Positions 8,525 to 17,046 of a DNA stretch of 17,208 bases are shown one piece after another. The stretch lies in IMG/VR virus record IMGVR_UViG_2698536369_000010. The stretch is one strand, 5' to 3'. Made by a program: the position numbers and the translations under genes. The notes under the pieces were generated by a model. It did not search any database. It worked only from the letters and a program-made list of their open reading frames with translations, and was not told where the DNA came from. Source of the stretch: a virus. Lineage: Duplodnaviria; Heunggongvirae; Uroviricota; Caudoviricetes. The number at the start of each line of letters is the position of its first letter. The stretch's first letter is position 1.

Positions 8525-9640
8525 TTAAATCCCTGCTTTTCTGAATACCTGTGCATCACGCTCACGGAGCTGCTTCAGCGTCAGCCATTCGCCTTTATCG
8601 GTGTAAAATTCATCTGGCGACATACCACCATCCCGAATCAGCTTTGCTCGGCTTTCCCCCACAATCTGTTTTTGTCTGGTGTAAGGCTGACGCAAAAACC
8701 ATTCCCTGTAGGTTGTATCTCCGGCCACCACGCCATCCATGCTGGCCCGCTCAGCCGGGGAAATATCGCGAACATCAATACCCAGTTCCTTCGCTGATTT
8801 CAGAATGAACGTTTCCGTTGAGCGGCAGCAGAAATGAATTTTTCCCGGCCCCTGCAAATAAGGCACGCTGTGACCTACAGGTTTATTATTCAGCGTATAT
8901 TTGAGGCGATCCCTGATTCGACATTGTGGCGTAGTACGATTATCAAGCGTTGATAACCATTGCTTACCCTTAATCAAATCATTATTCGCGCTGGCAAAAC
9001 TCTCACGGGCAGTAGCAGCAAGATGTCCAACCGCTGTTTTTGCAATGCTGGCCGCATTAGCCCGGCTCATCTGCAATGCACCATCCTGAAATCCCTTACT
9101 GACATGTCCCCGAATTTTTCTTGCGATCTGCTCATTGGTATCCCCCAGCAAAAAACCCTGACGCACTGTATTTGTTATGCGTCTGAGCCGATCCGCCTCA
9201 AGATCTGAGGCCCACTCACTGAGCAGTCGTCCCTGGAATGGTCGCGCCATTGCAGCGGCATAAAGTGCATCAGGAGAGATACCAACCAGAGGGTGAACAT
9301 CAGCAACAAAATCAGGTAGCATAGAATCAAACAGACTTAACTGATAACCAGCCTCATAAATTGCCAGCTCGTTCAGCTCTCCGGAGAGACTGGTAAACAT
9401 GCTGTTAATAGCAGTGCGGTTAACCTCTCTGACGCTCGCCAGAAGTGACTCCAGGCGCTTAACGGTAAAACTACCTGGATCGAGGCTGTCCAGTGCTATC
9501 AGCAGGCGAGCAGTAAGTTCCGCATCGCTGTCATTCAGTATTTTCACCATTCTGGCAGCCACGCCAGTGCTATAGCGGGATATCCAGACTGCATGAGCAA
9601 TTGATTCATCACGCAGCCGTTCATTCACGGTTTGCATCAT
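8525..9640 (-). CDS. Head morphogenesis protein, Mu gpF / SPP1 gp7-like (371 aa)
   Basis: Immediately after the portal gene. Contains the conserved stretch WLSTLDNRTTPQCRIRDRLKY that I associate with this family. Start overlaps the portal stop. Confidence 0.8.
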   Translation of the reverse strand: MMQTVNERLRDESIAHAVWISRYSTGVAARMVKILNDSDAELTARLLIALDSLDPGSFTVKRLESLLASVREVNRTAINSMFTSLSGELNELAIYEAGYQLSLFDSMLPDFVADVHPLVGISPDALYAAAMARPFQGRLLSEWASDLEADRLRRITNTVRQGFLLGDTNEQIARKIRGHVSKGFQDGALQMSRANAASIAKTAVGHLAATARESFASANNDLIKGKQWLSTLDNRTTPQCRIRDRLKYTLNNKPVGHSVPYLQGPGKIHFCCRSTETFILKSAKELGIDVRDISPAERASMDGVVAGDTTYREWFLRQPYTRQKQIVGESRAKLIRDGGMSPDEFYTDKGEWLTLKQLRERDAQVFRKAGI

Positions 9641-11027
9641 TGATTTCCATCAGCATTACACTCTGATTTTTTAATTCATCGATCACTTCCTCTGGACGGG
9701 AATCCTGATCGATAAATTTCAACGCCTGCAACACCCGAACCGCATCAATCTGACGTATATCACCGCCCTGACGCAATGACTGAACAGCCAGCGCGGAGGA
9801 TGAGTCAAACACCTGGGCAGATACATCCAGTTCAGTGCGCACATCCACATTGCCACCGCAACTCTCTCCGCTCCATTCCGCCATTATCTGGAGAATATTA
9901 TCGAGGGCATCTTCGAGGGAGTTCGCCATTGTATAAAGCGGCGAGTGTTCCTGCATCCGCTCTTCATTAGTCTGATCAACAGATTTGGTGGATGTATTTT
10001 CAGCCCGCAGAAGTTTAGCGCCGGCATGACGCATCTGATTTTCCAGCTTCTCAAGTGATGTTTCGCCAGATTCTATCGCTGCGCCACTATGTTCAACATA
10101 TTCGAGGCCATTTTTTGTTCTGTCCTCAAAAATCGTAGCCGTGGATGCACCAACCGTCAGTTCTTCATTCCTGTCCAGCCCGTAGGCCACCAGCAATGGA
10201 ACGCGGGCAACATGAAGAATATTGTCCTGCTCGCTCTGGCTTTGCCAGTGCTTGATATTCAGCAAGCCAAGATTAAGCAATGGCGGTGTACCACGCATAA
10301 ACCCTGTTTTCTTCGTATACAGTGTTACCAGAGGAATATCATCACGGCTGGTATTCCATGACTCATGAAGCATCCAGACAGATTCGCCATTAGTACCTTC
10401 GCTGCGTCGATAAATTTCTACTCGACGGGGCATAATATGGCGGATCTGCTCCACCTTCTTCTGCCCGAAATCATCACCATCAATAATGATGACCTCTTTT
10501 ATACGCAAATCAGTGAGAACAACTTTCCCTTTTTCAACTTTCGATTTCCATCCAATAACCTGGCGTGGATTCAGCATCGTAACGTACGGGCGACCACCGG
10601 CCGCGTTTTCATCGGCTTTTGTCCGAATCTCGTTCATATCCGTTCGTGGATAGTCCACCAGCGCATGTGCCACACCATACTGAAATGCGAGACTGAAAAA
10701 TTGCTGCGCCCACACATCCAGTCGGCTCCCCTCCATGTCGATATTTTCTGCATATTCCCTGATTTTTTCCGGCGTTTCCTCACTCAATACTGTCGGCTCT
10801 GCAAATATGCGCCCAATATTTTGTTTGATGCTTTCTTCATACACAGGAAGTAACGTAGCCACAGACAGGCGTTTTTTATAAGCGTCTTCATCTTCATTAG
10901 GCCATTTGGGGAGATAATTTTCCCCCTGCCTGCGCATTTCAAGCGTACCGCCCATCAATGCGTCGTTAATATCCCACGCCTCCAGCATATCGTTATAGTC
11001 GAGGTTGGGTGTTGATATATCAGCCAT
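9621..11027 (-). CDS. Portal protein (468 aa)
   Basis: About 470-aa acidic protein directly downstream of the large terminase and upstream of the F-like gene. Assignment is mainly positional. Confidence 0.7.
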   Translation of the reverse strand: MADISTPNLDYNDMLEAWDINDALMGGTLEMRRQGENYLPKWPNEDEDAYKKRLSVATLLPVYEESIKQNIGRIFAEPTVLSEETPEKIREYAENIDMEGSRLDVWAQQFFSLAFQYGVAHALVDYPRTDMNEIRTKADENAAGGRPYVTMLNPRQVIGWKSKVEKGKVVLTDLRIKEVIIIDGDDFGQKKVEQIRHIMPRRVEIYRRSEGTNGESVWMLHESWNTSRDDIPLVTLYTKKTGFMRGTPPLLNLGLLNIKHWQSQSEQDNILHVARVPLLVAYGLDRNEELTVGASTATIFEDRTKNGLEYVEHSGAAIESGETSLEKLENQMRHAGAKLLRAENTSTKSVDQTNEERMQEHSPLYTMANSLEDALDNILQIMAEWSGESCGGNVDVRTELDVSAQVFDSSSALAVQSLRQGGDIRQIDAVRVLQALKFIDQDSRPEEVIDELKNQSVMLMEINDANRE

Positions 11028-11029
11028 AA

Positions 11030-12331
11030 TTAAATCCGAAGTGATGTGACTCTTCCGGTCGGTTTGACAATAGGGAATTGCTTAACGATGAAATAACCTC
11101 CGGCATCATTCGGGTGATCATTGCCAGATTTTTTATCAGGCTCCCCCTTATCATCCCAGACCTGTTGCTCCAGAGATTCGGCATATACCGGACAACGCTT
11201 CACATTAACTTTATAGCGACGCTCACCATTGGCATTGCAGAACATTGCATTCATTGAGTTAACGCGATCTTTTACTGGCGGGTTCGAGCTGTTCACCACA
11301 ACGTTAAAACCTGCCTGCTTAAGCTGGGCTATATCCGTCGTACTTGCGTTACTTGATTTTCTGGAATCTCCGGAAGCATCTGGATAAATATAAATCTCCC
11401 TCACTTTCCGGTAATCATGCCCGTCATACAGCCAGAAGCGTTCTTTAATGAGGCGGATCATATCCGGCGTATCGTAGGCATTGATGATTTCAGTTACCGC
11501 ACATGGAAGCCCCAAACGCAGCACATGGACGATTCCCGCCATCTTTCCAACGTTAAAATCCATCCCAATATAAATCGGCTCCCCTGGCTGCTCCACTTCT
11601 TCGCAATTATTCAGTTTCCGGTCAAACTGATGGTAAACAGTACCACTTGTCAGGTTAGTAAACCGTCCTAGAAGATAGGCTTTAATCAGCTCTGGAGGGT
11701 ATGATTCAAGAAGTGAAGGAATGTAATCTGCTGGCAGGTTCTTTTCATTATCGAAAGTAGATGCCTGCACCAGACCATACAGTGAGGCCAGCTCTGTTTT
11801 TTCACGCACGGCTTTAACAAACTGCTCGTAGACAAATTTGAATCCTTCCGGCGTGGTTGTAACGTCAATACCGTTGCGAAGTCCATCAATCTTATAACGC
11901 ATACGCGCAATTATCTTGCGCCACGCCGTTCTGGCTTTTTCCTTCGGCAAAATGTCCAGTTCATCCACCAGCGCATTACCAATTTTGAAACCGACGATCG
12001 TTTGTGGCTTCTCCATCGATCTGCAGATAGTGGTTCCCCGATACTGGCGTCCGTAATAAAAGTGAACCTCTTTATTTCCCTCATTAATTTTTACGTTCAA
12101 TCCCCAGTCAGCAGCAACTTCTTCCACTGTAGGGTAAAAAATATCGCGAATTTGGGGATACGTTGGCGCAAAATATCCCTGATTTATACCTGGATGCTCC
12201 CAAATCCCCTTGCATATGCCGCCACACCCAACCCATGTTTTGCCCGAGCCAAAACCAGCAATATAGGCTTTAAATTTATGGGGCATTGAAAGAAATCGCG
12301 CCTGAGGCACATTAAGCGTCGGAGAGATCAT
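11030..12331 (-). CDS. Terminase large subunit (about 433 aa from ATG at 12331)
   Basis: Walker A motif GFGSGKT near the N-terminus and acidic nuclease-type motifs (IGMDFN, IYPDASGDS) in the C-terminal half. AAGGAG SD 8 nt upstream of the preferred ATG; the track start is an upstream GTG. Confidence 0.9.
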   Translation of the reverse strand: MISPTLNVPQARFLSMPHKFKAYIAGFGSGKTWVGCGGICKGIWEHPGINQGYFAPTYPQIRDIFYPTVEEVAADWGLNVKINEGNKEVHFYYGRQYRGTTICRSMEKPQTIVGFKIGNALVDELDILPKEKARTAWRKIIARMRYKIDGLRNGIDVTTTPEGFKFVYEQFVKAVREKTELASLYGLVQASTFDNEKNLPADYIPSLLESYPPELIKAYLLGRFTNLTSGTVYHQFDRKLNNCEEVEQPGEPIYIGMDFNVGKMAGIVHVLRLGLPCAVTEIINAYDTPDMIRLIKERFWLYDGHDYRKVREIYIYPDASGDSRKSSNASTTDIAQLKQAGFNVVVNSSNPPVKDRVNSMNAMFCNANGERRYKVNVKRCPVYAESLEQQVWDDKGEPDKKSGNDHPNDAGGYFIVKQFPIVKPTGRVTSLRI

Positions 12332-13406
12332 CTTCATCACTCCTTAATCTGGCATCAACCACATTAATATTGATCGCCACAGGCTGGGGATGTTCATTAT
12401 CCTCCACCGTTTCGATCTCTTTGCGCAGCTTCTGGTTCTCTATTCTGCGCCGTTCAATTTCCAGTTCCTGTAGCCGCTTATCTGCACATAATGCCCCGCC
12501 AGCAGAAAGCAAACGCAACAATTCACGCCGGGCGGCAGCCTTATCCTCCAGCAGGATCTCAACACCGTATTTTCCGAGCTTTGACCCTGCATATAATTGC
12601 CGCGCATCCCCATCAAGCAGTGTGGTATCAGCCATATAAAGCTGTCCTGTTCCCTCACCGCAGCACTTCGGGCAATCAGGATTGGGTATGGCGTTATCAA
12701 CAAAGCCGAGGCCTCCATATTCCGGCTCGGGTTTACCATCTCTGGAGGCCTGTGCCGCAGCCTTATCGAATTCTGCAATATCACGCCACTGGTAGAGATG
12801 ATTCTCGCCCCAGCAATAACGGCAGTTAACACGGCGAAATTGTGCCAACTGATTGGGGTCGGCCTGGACAATGGCCATCAACTGGCTCACCAGTAAATCC
12901 AGGTCTGCGGTATAGCGTTTCTGGTACTGATTGCGGAAGTAGCTGATAGCACGATAAACCCTGGCATTTCTAAGCATACGGCTGGCGTTGCTGTTAGCTG
13001 TCGCACCTTGCCCCTCATAACCAGCCAGTCGGTATGCCTCTGTCGGCTTTTTCCCCTGAGCAACCAACATGGCGAATTTTGCCTGCTGGTCAGAAATACC
13101 GAATTCATCGGGGCAGAACGAAATTTCTTCCGTGTCCCCCTCAATCAGGAGTGCATCGGATACAGCCTTTTTTTTCTGAGATTTTCCGTTCTGCCTTTGC
13201 GCAGTCTGCGCAGTTTTTTTTCGCGCACTTTTTTGCGCAGTTTTGCGCATTTCTTTCTGCGCATTTTTCGGAGTTTTTTTGATGTAACGACGGGCTGTTG
13301 CGTAGTTCAGTCCCCTTGCTTCACACCATGCCACCGGAGATATACCGGAGCGGGTGTATTCAGCAATATACTCCTGCTGCAACGCCCCCCAGTCCGGTCT
13401 GCTCAT
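12312..13406 (-). CDS. Terminase small subunit, atypically long (364 aa)
   Basis: Directly upstream of and overlapping the large terminase. N-terminal HTH-like segment, a Lys/Ala/Gln-rich basic linker, a core resembling small-terminase signatures (ISDQQAKFAMLVAQGKKPTEAYRLAGY...ASRMLRNARV), and an inserted Cys cluster CRYCW...CPKCC. Confidence 0.75.
   Translation of the reverse strand: MSRPDWGALQQEYIAEYTRSGISPVAWCEARGLNYATARRYIKKTPKNAQKEMRKTAQKSARKKTAQTAQRQNGKSQKKKAVSDALLIEGDTEEISFCPDEFGISDQQAKFAMLVAQGKKPTEAYRLAGYEGQGATANSNASRMLRNARVYRAISYFRNQYQKRYTADLDLLVSQLMAIVQADPNQLAQFRRVNCRYCWGENHLYQWRDIAEFDKAAAQASRDGKPEPEYGGLGFVDNAIPNPDCPKCCGEGTGQLYMADTTLLDGDARQLYAGSKLGKYGVEILLEDKAAARRELLRLLSAGGALCADKRLQELEIERRRIENQKLRKEIETVEDNEHPQPVAININVVDARLRSDEDDLSDA
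13167..13280 (-). repeat. Phased array of six GCGCA motifs separated by T/A tracts, inside the terS 5' region
   Basis: Plus-strand GCGCA at 13198, 13207, 13222, 13234, 13244 and 13258, with T runs of 4-8 nt between them. Encodes the basic linker KNAQKEMRKTAQKSARKKTAQTAQ. Confidence 0.6.
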
Positions 13407-13409
13407 CAG

Positions 13410-13661
13410 TTAGTCCTGATTTTTATCCACCCTGAGTAGTTCGCGCAGAGCAAAGGCATCCCCTTTTCTGGCAAGCTTAAACAATGCCGCTCGTAACTCG
13501 GCTTCACCTTTCGCTCTGCCCTTACGGATGGCCGCATAAAAATCTGTCATTGCTTCCCGATTTTCTTTCAGTCGGTTCAGATCAACATCCAGAACGTCAG
13601 CGATTTGTTGTGCAGTCATCCGGCACGCTGCCAGAGACTCGACTTTCGAATACGGAATCAT
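13410..13661 (-). CDS. Small hypothetical protein with HTH-like N-terminus (83 aa)
   Basis: Ends 3 nt before the terS start. GGGGGTG SD upstream of the ATG at 13659-13661. Overlaps the 3' end of the upstream gene by 65 nt in another frame. Confidence 0.4.
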   Translation of the reverse strand: MIPYSKVESLAACRMTAQQIADVLDVDLNRLKENREAMTDFYAAIRKGRAKGEAELRAALFKLARKGDAFALRELLRVDKNQD

Positions 13662-14529
13662 TTGTCACCCCCATTGATATGCAGGGTGTCTTCTTCCTGT
13701 ATTTTTCGTGAAGGATTTTTACTGCAGCGTTGTTCCAGGTGACCTGATGGTGAATGCGTTTATGGCTGGCACCCATCAGTGAGATTTTTACGCACGACGG
13801 CGAATACATGACGGAGTAAAAACTTTTAACGTAGGTTCCGGAATCCAGATACAGCTCGGTCATTCCGCCGCTGTTTTTCTGCGTCTGTTTCTGCCCTAAC
13901 TGGACAGCACCGATCGTCATAAACAATTCACCACAGCGACCGAGATTCGTGTACGTATTCACATCCTCGTTAATGCGCCCCATGAATGAGAACGGTCGAT
14001 CAACCGAACAGATAAAGCTGTTCATTGCCTTGCGTTTCACCCACGAAGCATGGCCGCCATTGTCACCAAGAAAATCCCCGCCCTGCGACATAGCGATGGA
14101 AAGCGCGGGTATTGATTCGTAATACGCCAGCATTTCAGAAAGGATCGCATCCAGTTTCCTTATCGGGAAATAGGCCTGGTCATAGTTGCGATCCACCCGA
14201 AACTGGAACTCGTGATAATCATCATCGAGCTGAATGAAGTATTTACACCCGACCAGTTTTGCCAGGTCGAAACAGGCATTACGGGCGTAAAAAATTGAGC
14301 GGCGATCACCAAAATTATCGGCTTCGTCAAAACGACTGGCAATATCGGCTTTGGAAAATACCAGCACCTGTTCACCAAATTCAGCCATGTACTGATGCCG
14401 TGTCTTATCTTCATCATCAACAACGATAAAAATTTTCCCGGTATAGCCAGCACGACGCAACGTCCGGTAAGTCAGAACTTTGTCCGGTCGCCCGTGAGTC
14501 AGAATAAAGGCGCAAAAATCATCACGCAT
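13597..14529 (-). CDS. Uncharacterized protein with a GT-A-like glycosyltransferase signature (about 310 aa from ATG at 14529)
   Basis: Hydrophobic strand FCAFILTHGRPD, then KIFIVVDDED, then about 60 aa later YFIQLDDDY: the spacing of a GT-A Rossmann-like fold with a DxD motif. Preferred ATG overlaps the ParB-like stop (ATGCGTGA) and follows GGAGGAGGAGG. No predicted membrane segments. Confidence 0.5.
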   Translation of the reverse strand: MRDDFCAFILTHGRPDKVLTYRTLRRAGYTGKIFIVVDDEDKTRHQYMAEFGEQVLVFSKADIASRFDEADNFGDRRSIFYARNACFDLAKLVGCKYFIQLDDDYHEFQFRVDRNYDQAYFPIRKLDAILSEMLAYYESIPALSIAMSQGGDFLGDNGGHASWVKRKAMNSFICSVDRPFSFMGRINEDVNTYTNLGRCGELFMTIGAVQLGQKQTQKNSGGMTELYLDSGTYVKSFYSVMYSPSCVKISLMGASHKRIHHQVTWNNAAVKILHEKYRKKTPCISMGVTNDSVFESRVSGSVPDDCTTNR

Positions 14530-15313
14530 ATTCCTCCTCCTCCCCGCCATGCATGATCTCCACCATGCGCTGCGTCATTCGGACAAATCCATTTTCAATA
14601 GCCTGCTGATAATCAATGATCACCAGCGCCGACTCCTCGAAAAGGCACTGAATTTCAGCGGGGGCATGAGCGTAATAGTCCGCAATTCTGCTGAAATTAA
14701 ACACTGTGTGACGTTCTGCCGCACACAGGAGGAATTTCTCAATATCAGGATCAAGGGACGCCGAACGTATCCGGCTGATCAGCTCCTGAGTTTTCGTATC
14801 GTCGTACAGTTCACTGATATCCGGTTTACCGCCCGACGGCTCATAAACAGGCGTATCAATTTTCGTCGTATACGGCTCCTCCTCATTTCCTGTACCGGGC
14901 AAAACATCCGTCAACAGTTCATCAATTTCTGTCGGGATGAAGCCTGTCAGGGAGACATCAAAATCAGCATTGATTAGGTCCGACAGCTCCATCCGCAACA
15001 GATCTTCATCCCAGCCAGCATTCATCGGCAGGCGATTATCTGCCAGGCGGTACGCCTTTTTCTGCTCATCCGTCAGGCCAGACAGAACAATGACCGGAAC
15101 AGAATCCATTTTGAGCATTTCAGCCGCCATAACACGACCGTGACCCGCAATAATTTCGCCCTTTTCGTCAATCAGCACCGGATTAGTCCAGCCGAATTGC
15201 TTAATACTTTCTACCAGTTGTGCCACCTGCTCAGTACTGTGCGTCCTGGCATTGTGCGCATACGGTGACAATTCTTGTAATGGGCGATAGACTATCTTTA
15301 ATTTCTCGCTCAT
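14522..15313 (-). CDS. ParB/Srx-like nuclease-domain protein (263 aa)
   Basis: N-terminus (YRPLQELSPYAHNARTHSTEQVAQLVESIKQFGWTNPVLIDEKGEIIAGHGRVMAAEMLKMDSVPVIVL) matches the ParB N-terminal pattern seen fused to phage DNA methyltransferases, including the DVSLTGF linker. The C-terminal 150 aa are acidic with no methyltransferase motifs. Position matches ynaK of Rac but identity was not verified. Confidence 0.75.
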   Translation of the reverse strand: MSEKLKIVYRPLQELSPYAHNARTHSTEQVAQLVESIKQFGWTNPVLIDEKGEIIAGHGRVMAAEMLKMDSVPVIVLSGLTDEQKKAYRLADNRLPMNAGWDEDLLRMELSDLINADFDVSLTGFIPTEIDELLTDVLPGTGNEEEPYTTKIDTPVYEPSGGKPDISELYDDTKTQELISRIRSASLDPDIEKFLLCAAERHTVFNFSRIADYYAHAPAEIQCLFEESALVIIDYQQAIENGFVRMTQRMVEIMHGGEEEEYA

Positions 15314-15329
15314 ACAGCCTTGCTTTATG

Positions 15330-15368
15330 AATAAAACGCACCCCAGCAGCCAGTGCTACTGGGGGCGG
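15330..15368 (-). terminator. Intrinsic terminator downstream of trkG
   Basis: Minus strand CGC-CCCCAGTAGC-ACTG-GCTGCTGGGG-(U)GCG-TTTTATT: about 13-bp G:C-rich stem with one G.U and one bulge, then a U-tract. The plus-strand version has a C-A mismatch, favouring minus-strand function. Confidence 0.6.
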
Positions 15369-15450
15369 AGGTGTTGCTGGTAAAGTTAGGTATTGGATCA
15401 ATGAGTGAGTCAACATAATATTAAACTCACAATTATAAATCAGCCATATA

Positions 15451-16908
15451 TTAGGAGCGCCAAAAAAAACCTGAAAACAATATAATAACAGGATAAATTT
15501 CAAGGCGACCAAGAATCATAGCTATGCACATTAAATATTTTGCAATGTCATTAAGCACTCCGAATGACGATGCAGTAGCCCCAAAACCTAATCCCATATT
15601 ATTAATACATGCAGCCACTGTTGCAAATGATGTAAGAAAATCATATCCCATACCATTTAACACCAGTATAAAAAACACCGTGAAGAGAGTATAAAGAAAA
15701 AAGAAACTCCATACAGACCTCATTACACGATCTGTAACTATCTTCCCTCCTACATTTACACTTAACAACGCTCTGGGATGAGAAAGTTGATTTATCTCGT
15801 GTTTGCTTTGTTTGAAAAGTATAAGAAATCGAAGTGACTTAATTCCACCACAGGTTGAACCGATACATCCCCCAAAGAAACTTGACAACAGCAAAAACAC
15901 TATCGTGTGCGTGGGCCAGTTTGCATAATCCTGCGTAGCTAAACCATTATCAGTGAGCATGGAGCTGGCAAGAAAAAACGAATGAATAAAACTTCCATGC
16001 AAGTCATACATACCTATATGCCAGACCTGGAAAGAGGTAACAATGATCACCCCTAAGGCTATTAACAGAAAGAAACGAAGTTCAATATCTCTGATTAAAG
16101 GTTTTATCGTTTTTCTGCTAATAACAATATACCAAAGAGTGAAGTTGAAAGCCGATAGCAGGGAAAAAGAACCAGCCACCAGCTCAACCAAATAGTTATT
16201 AAAATATCCGATACTCTCGCTATGAGTTGAGAAACCACCAAGCGAAACTGTGGAAATCCCGTGACAAATAGCATCAAACAAAGGCATTCCTGCAAGTCTA
16301 TAACAGACAATACAAGCAATACCTAATAAAGAATAAGTTATCCACAGTGTCCGTGACGTATCGGCCAGGCGGGGAGTGAGTTTGTCATCCTTAAATGGCC
16401 CCGGCATTTCTGACTGATAAAGCTTTGCACCACCAATACCCAATAATGGCAATACTGCAACCGCCAGAACAATAACTCCTAAACCACCTATAAAATTTAA
16501 CTGTGACCGATAGTACAAATATGCCCGAGGTAATGAACTAACATCATCAATTACAGTTGCTCCTGTTGTTGTTATTCCAGAAACCCCTTCAAACAGAGCA
16601 TCAATGAACGTTAAATTAAGTTCTGAGTCAATCCATAAAGGGAATGCACTAATAACAGAAAACAAAATCCAAAACATTACAATTATAATAAACCCATCAC
16701 GGGTACGTAATTGAATGCCAGATTTCTTAGTTGTATACCACGCTCCGCCACCAATGCAAAAAAATATAACGAAAGTTATAAAGAAAACGAACAGGCTTTT
16801 TTCTTTATAAAACAATGCTACAACCATTGGTGGCAACATTGAAAGACTATAGAGCCAAACCAGGAACCCACACATATGAGTAACAACTCTTACATGAGAT
16901 GTATTCAT
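15451..16908 (-). CDS. trkG: Trk-family potassium uptake membrane protein TrkG (485 aa from ATG at 16908)
   Basis: Multi-pass membrane protein with repeated pore-type segments; recognised as TrkG, which lies in the Rac prophage of E. coli K-12 next to the Rz/Rz1 genes. Clearly AT-rich compared with neighbours. An upstream in-frame TTG (16926) with an AAGGTGG SD would give 491 aa. Confidence 0.9.
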   Translation of the reverse strand: MNTSHVRVVTHMCGFLVWLYSLSMLPPMVVALFYKEKSLFVFFITFVIFFCIGGGAWYTTKKSGIQLRTRDGFIIIVMFWILFSVISAFPLWIDSELNLTFIDALFEGVSGITTTGATVIDDVSSLPRAYLYYRSQLNFIGGLGVIVLAVAVLPLLGIGGAKLYQSEMPGPFKDDKLTPRLADTSRTLWITYSLLGIACIVCYRLAGMPLFDAICHGISTVSLGGFSTHSESIGYFNNYLVELVAGSFSLLSAFNFTLWYIVISRKTIKPLIRDIELRFFLLIALGVIIVTSFQVWHIGMYDLHGSFIHSFFLASSMLTDNGLATQDYANWPTHTIVFLLLSSFFGGCIGSTCGGIKSLRFLILFKQSKHEINQLSHPRALLSVNVGGKIVTDRVMRSVWSFFFLYTLFTVFFILVLNGMGYDFLTSFATVAACINNMGLGFGATASSFGVLNDIAKYLMCIAMILGRLEIYPVIILFSGFFWRS

Positions 16909-17046
16909 ATCTAAATATTCTTTCAATTATAACCACCTTGCTGCAATATTATGATTATACTGTATAAAATTTAACTCCTCTTAGATCTTACTTCACTGTT
17001 CCTTATGAAACAATCATCAAAATGAATCATATTGTAGTTAAGATTT

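Noticed and set aside
15231-15512. 93-aa minus-strand ORF spanning the trkG 3' end, the intergenic terminator hairpin and the ParB-like start
   Set aside because: It reads through a strong terminator stem and overlaps two well-supported genes; an accidental open frame.
16176-16183. Single Chi octamer GCTGGTGG (minus strand) inside trkG
   Set aside because: One occurrence in 17 kb is not clearly enriched for an E. coli-type genome; I did not exhaustively scan for other copies.
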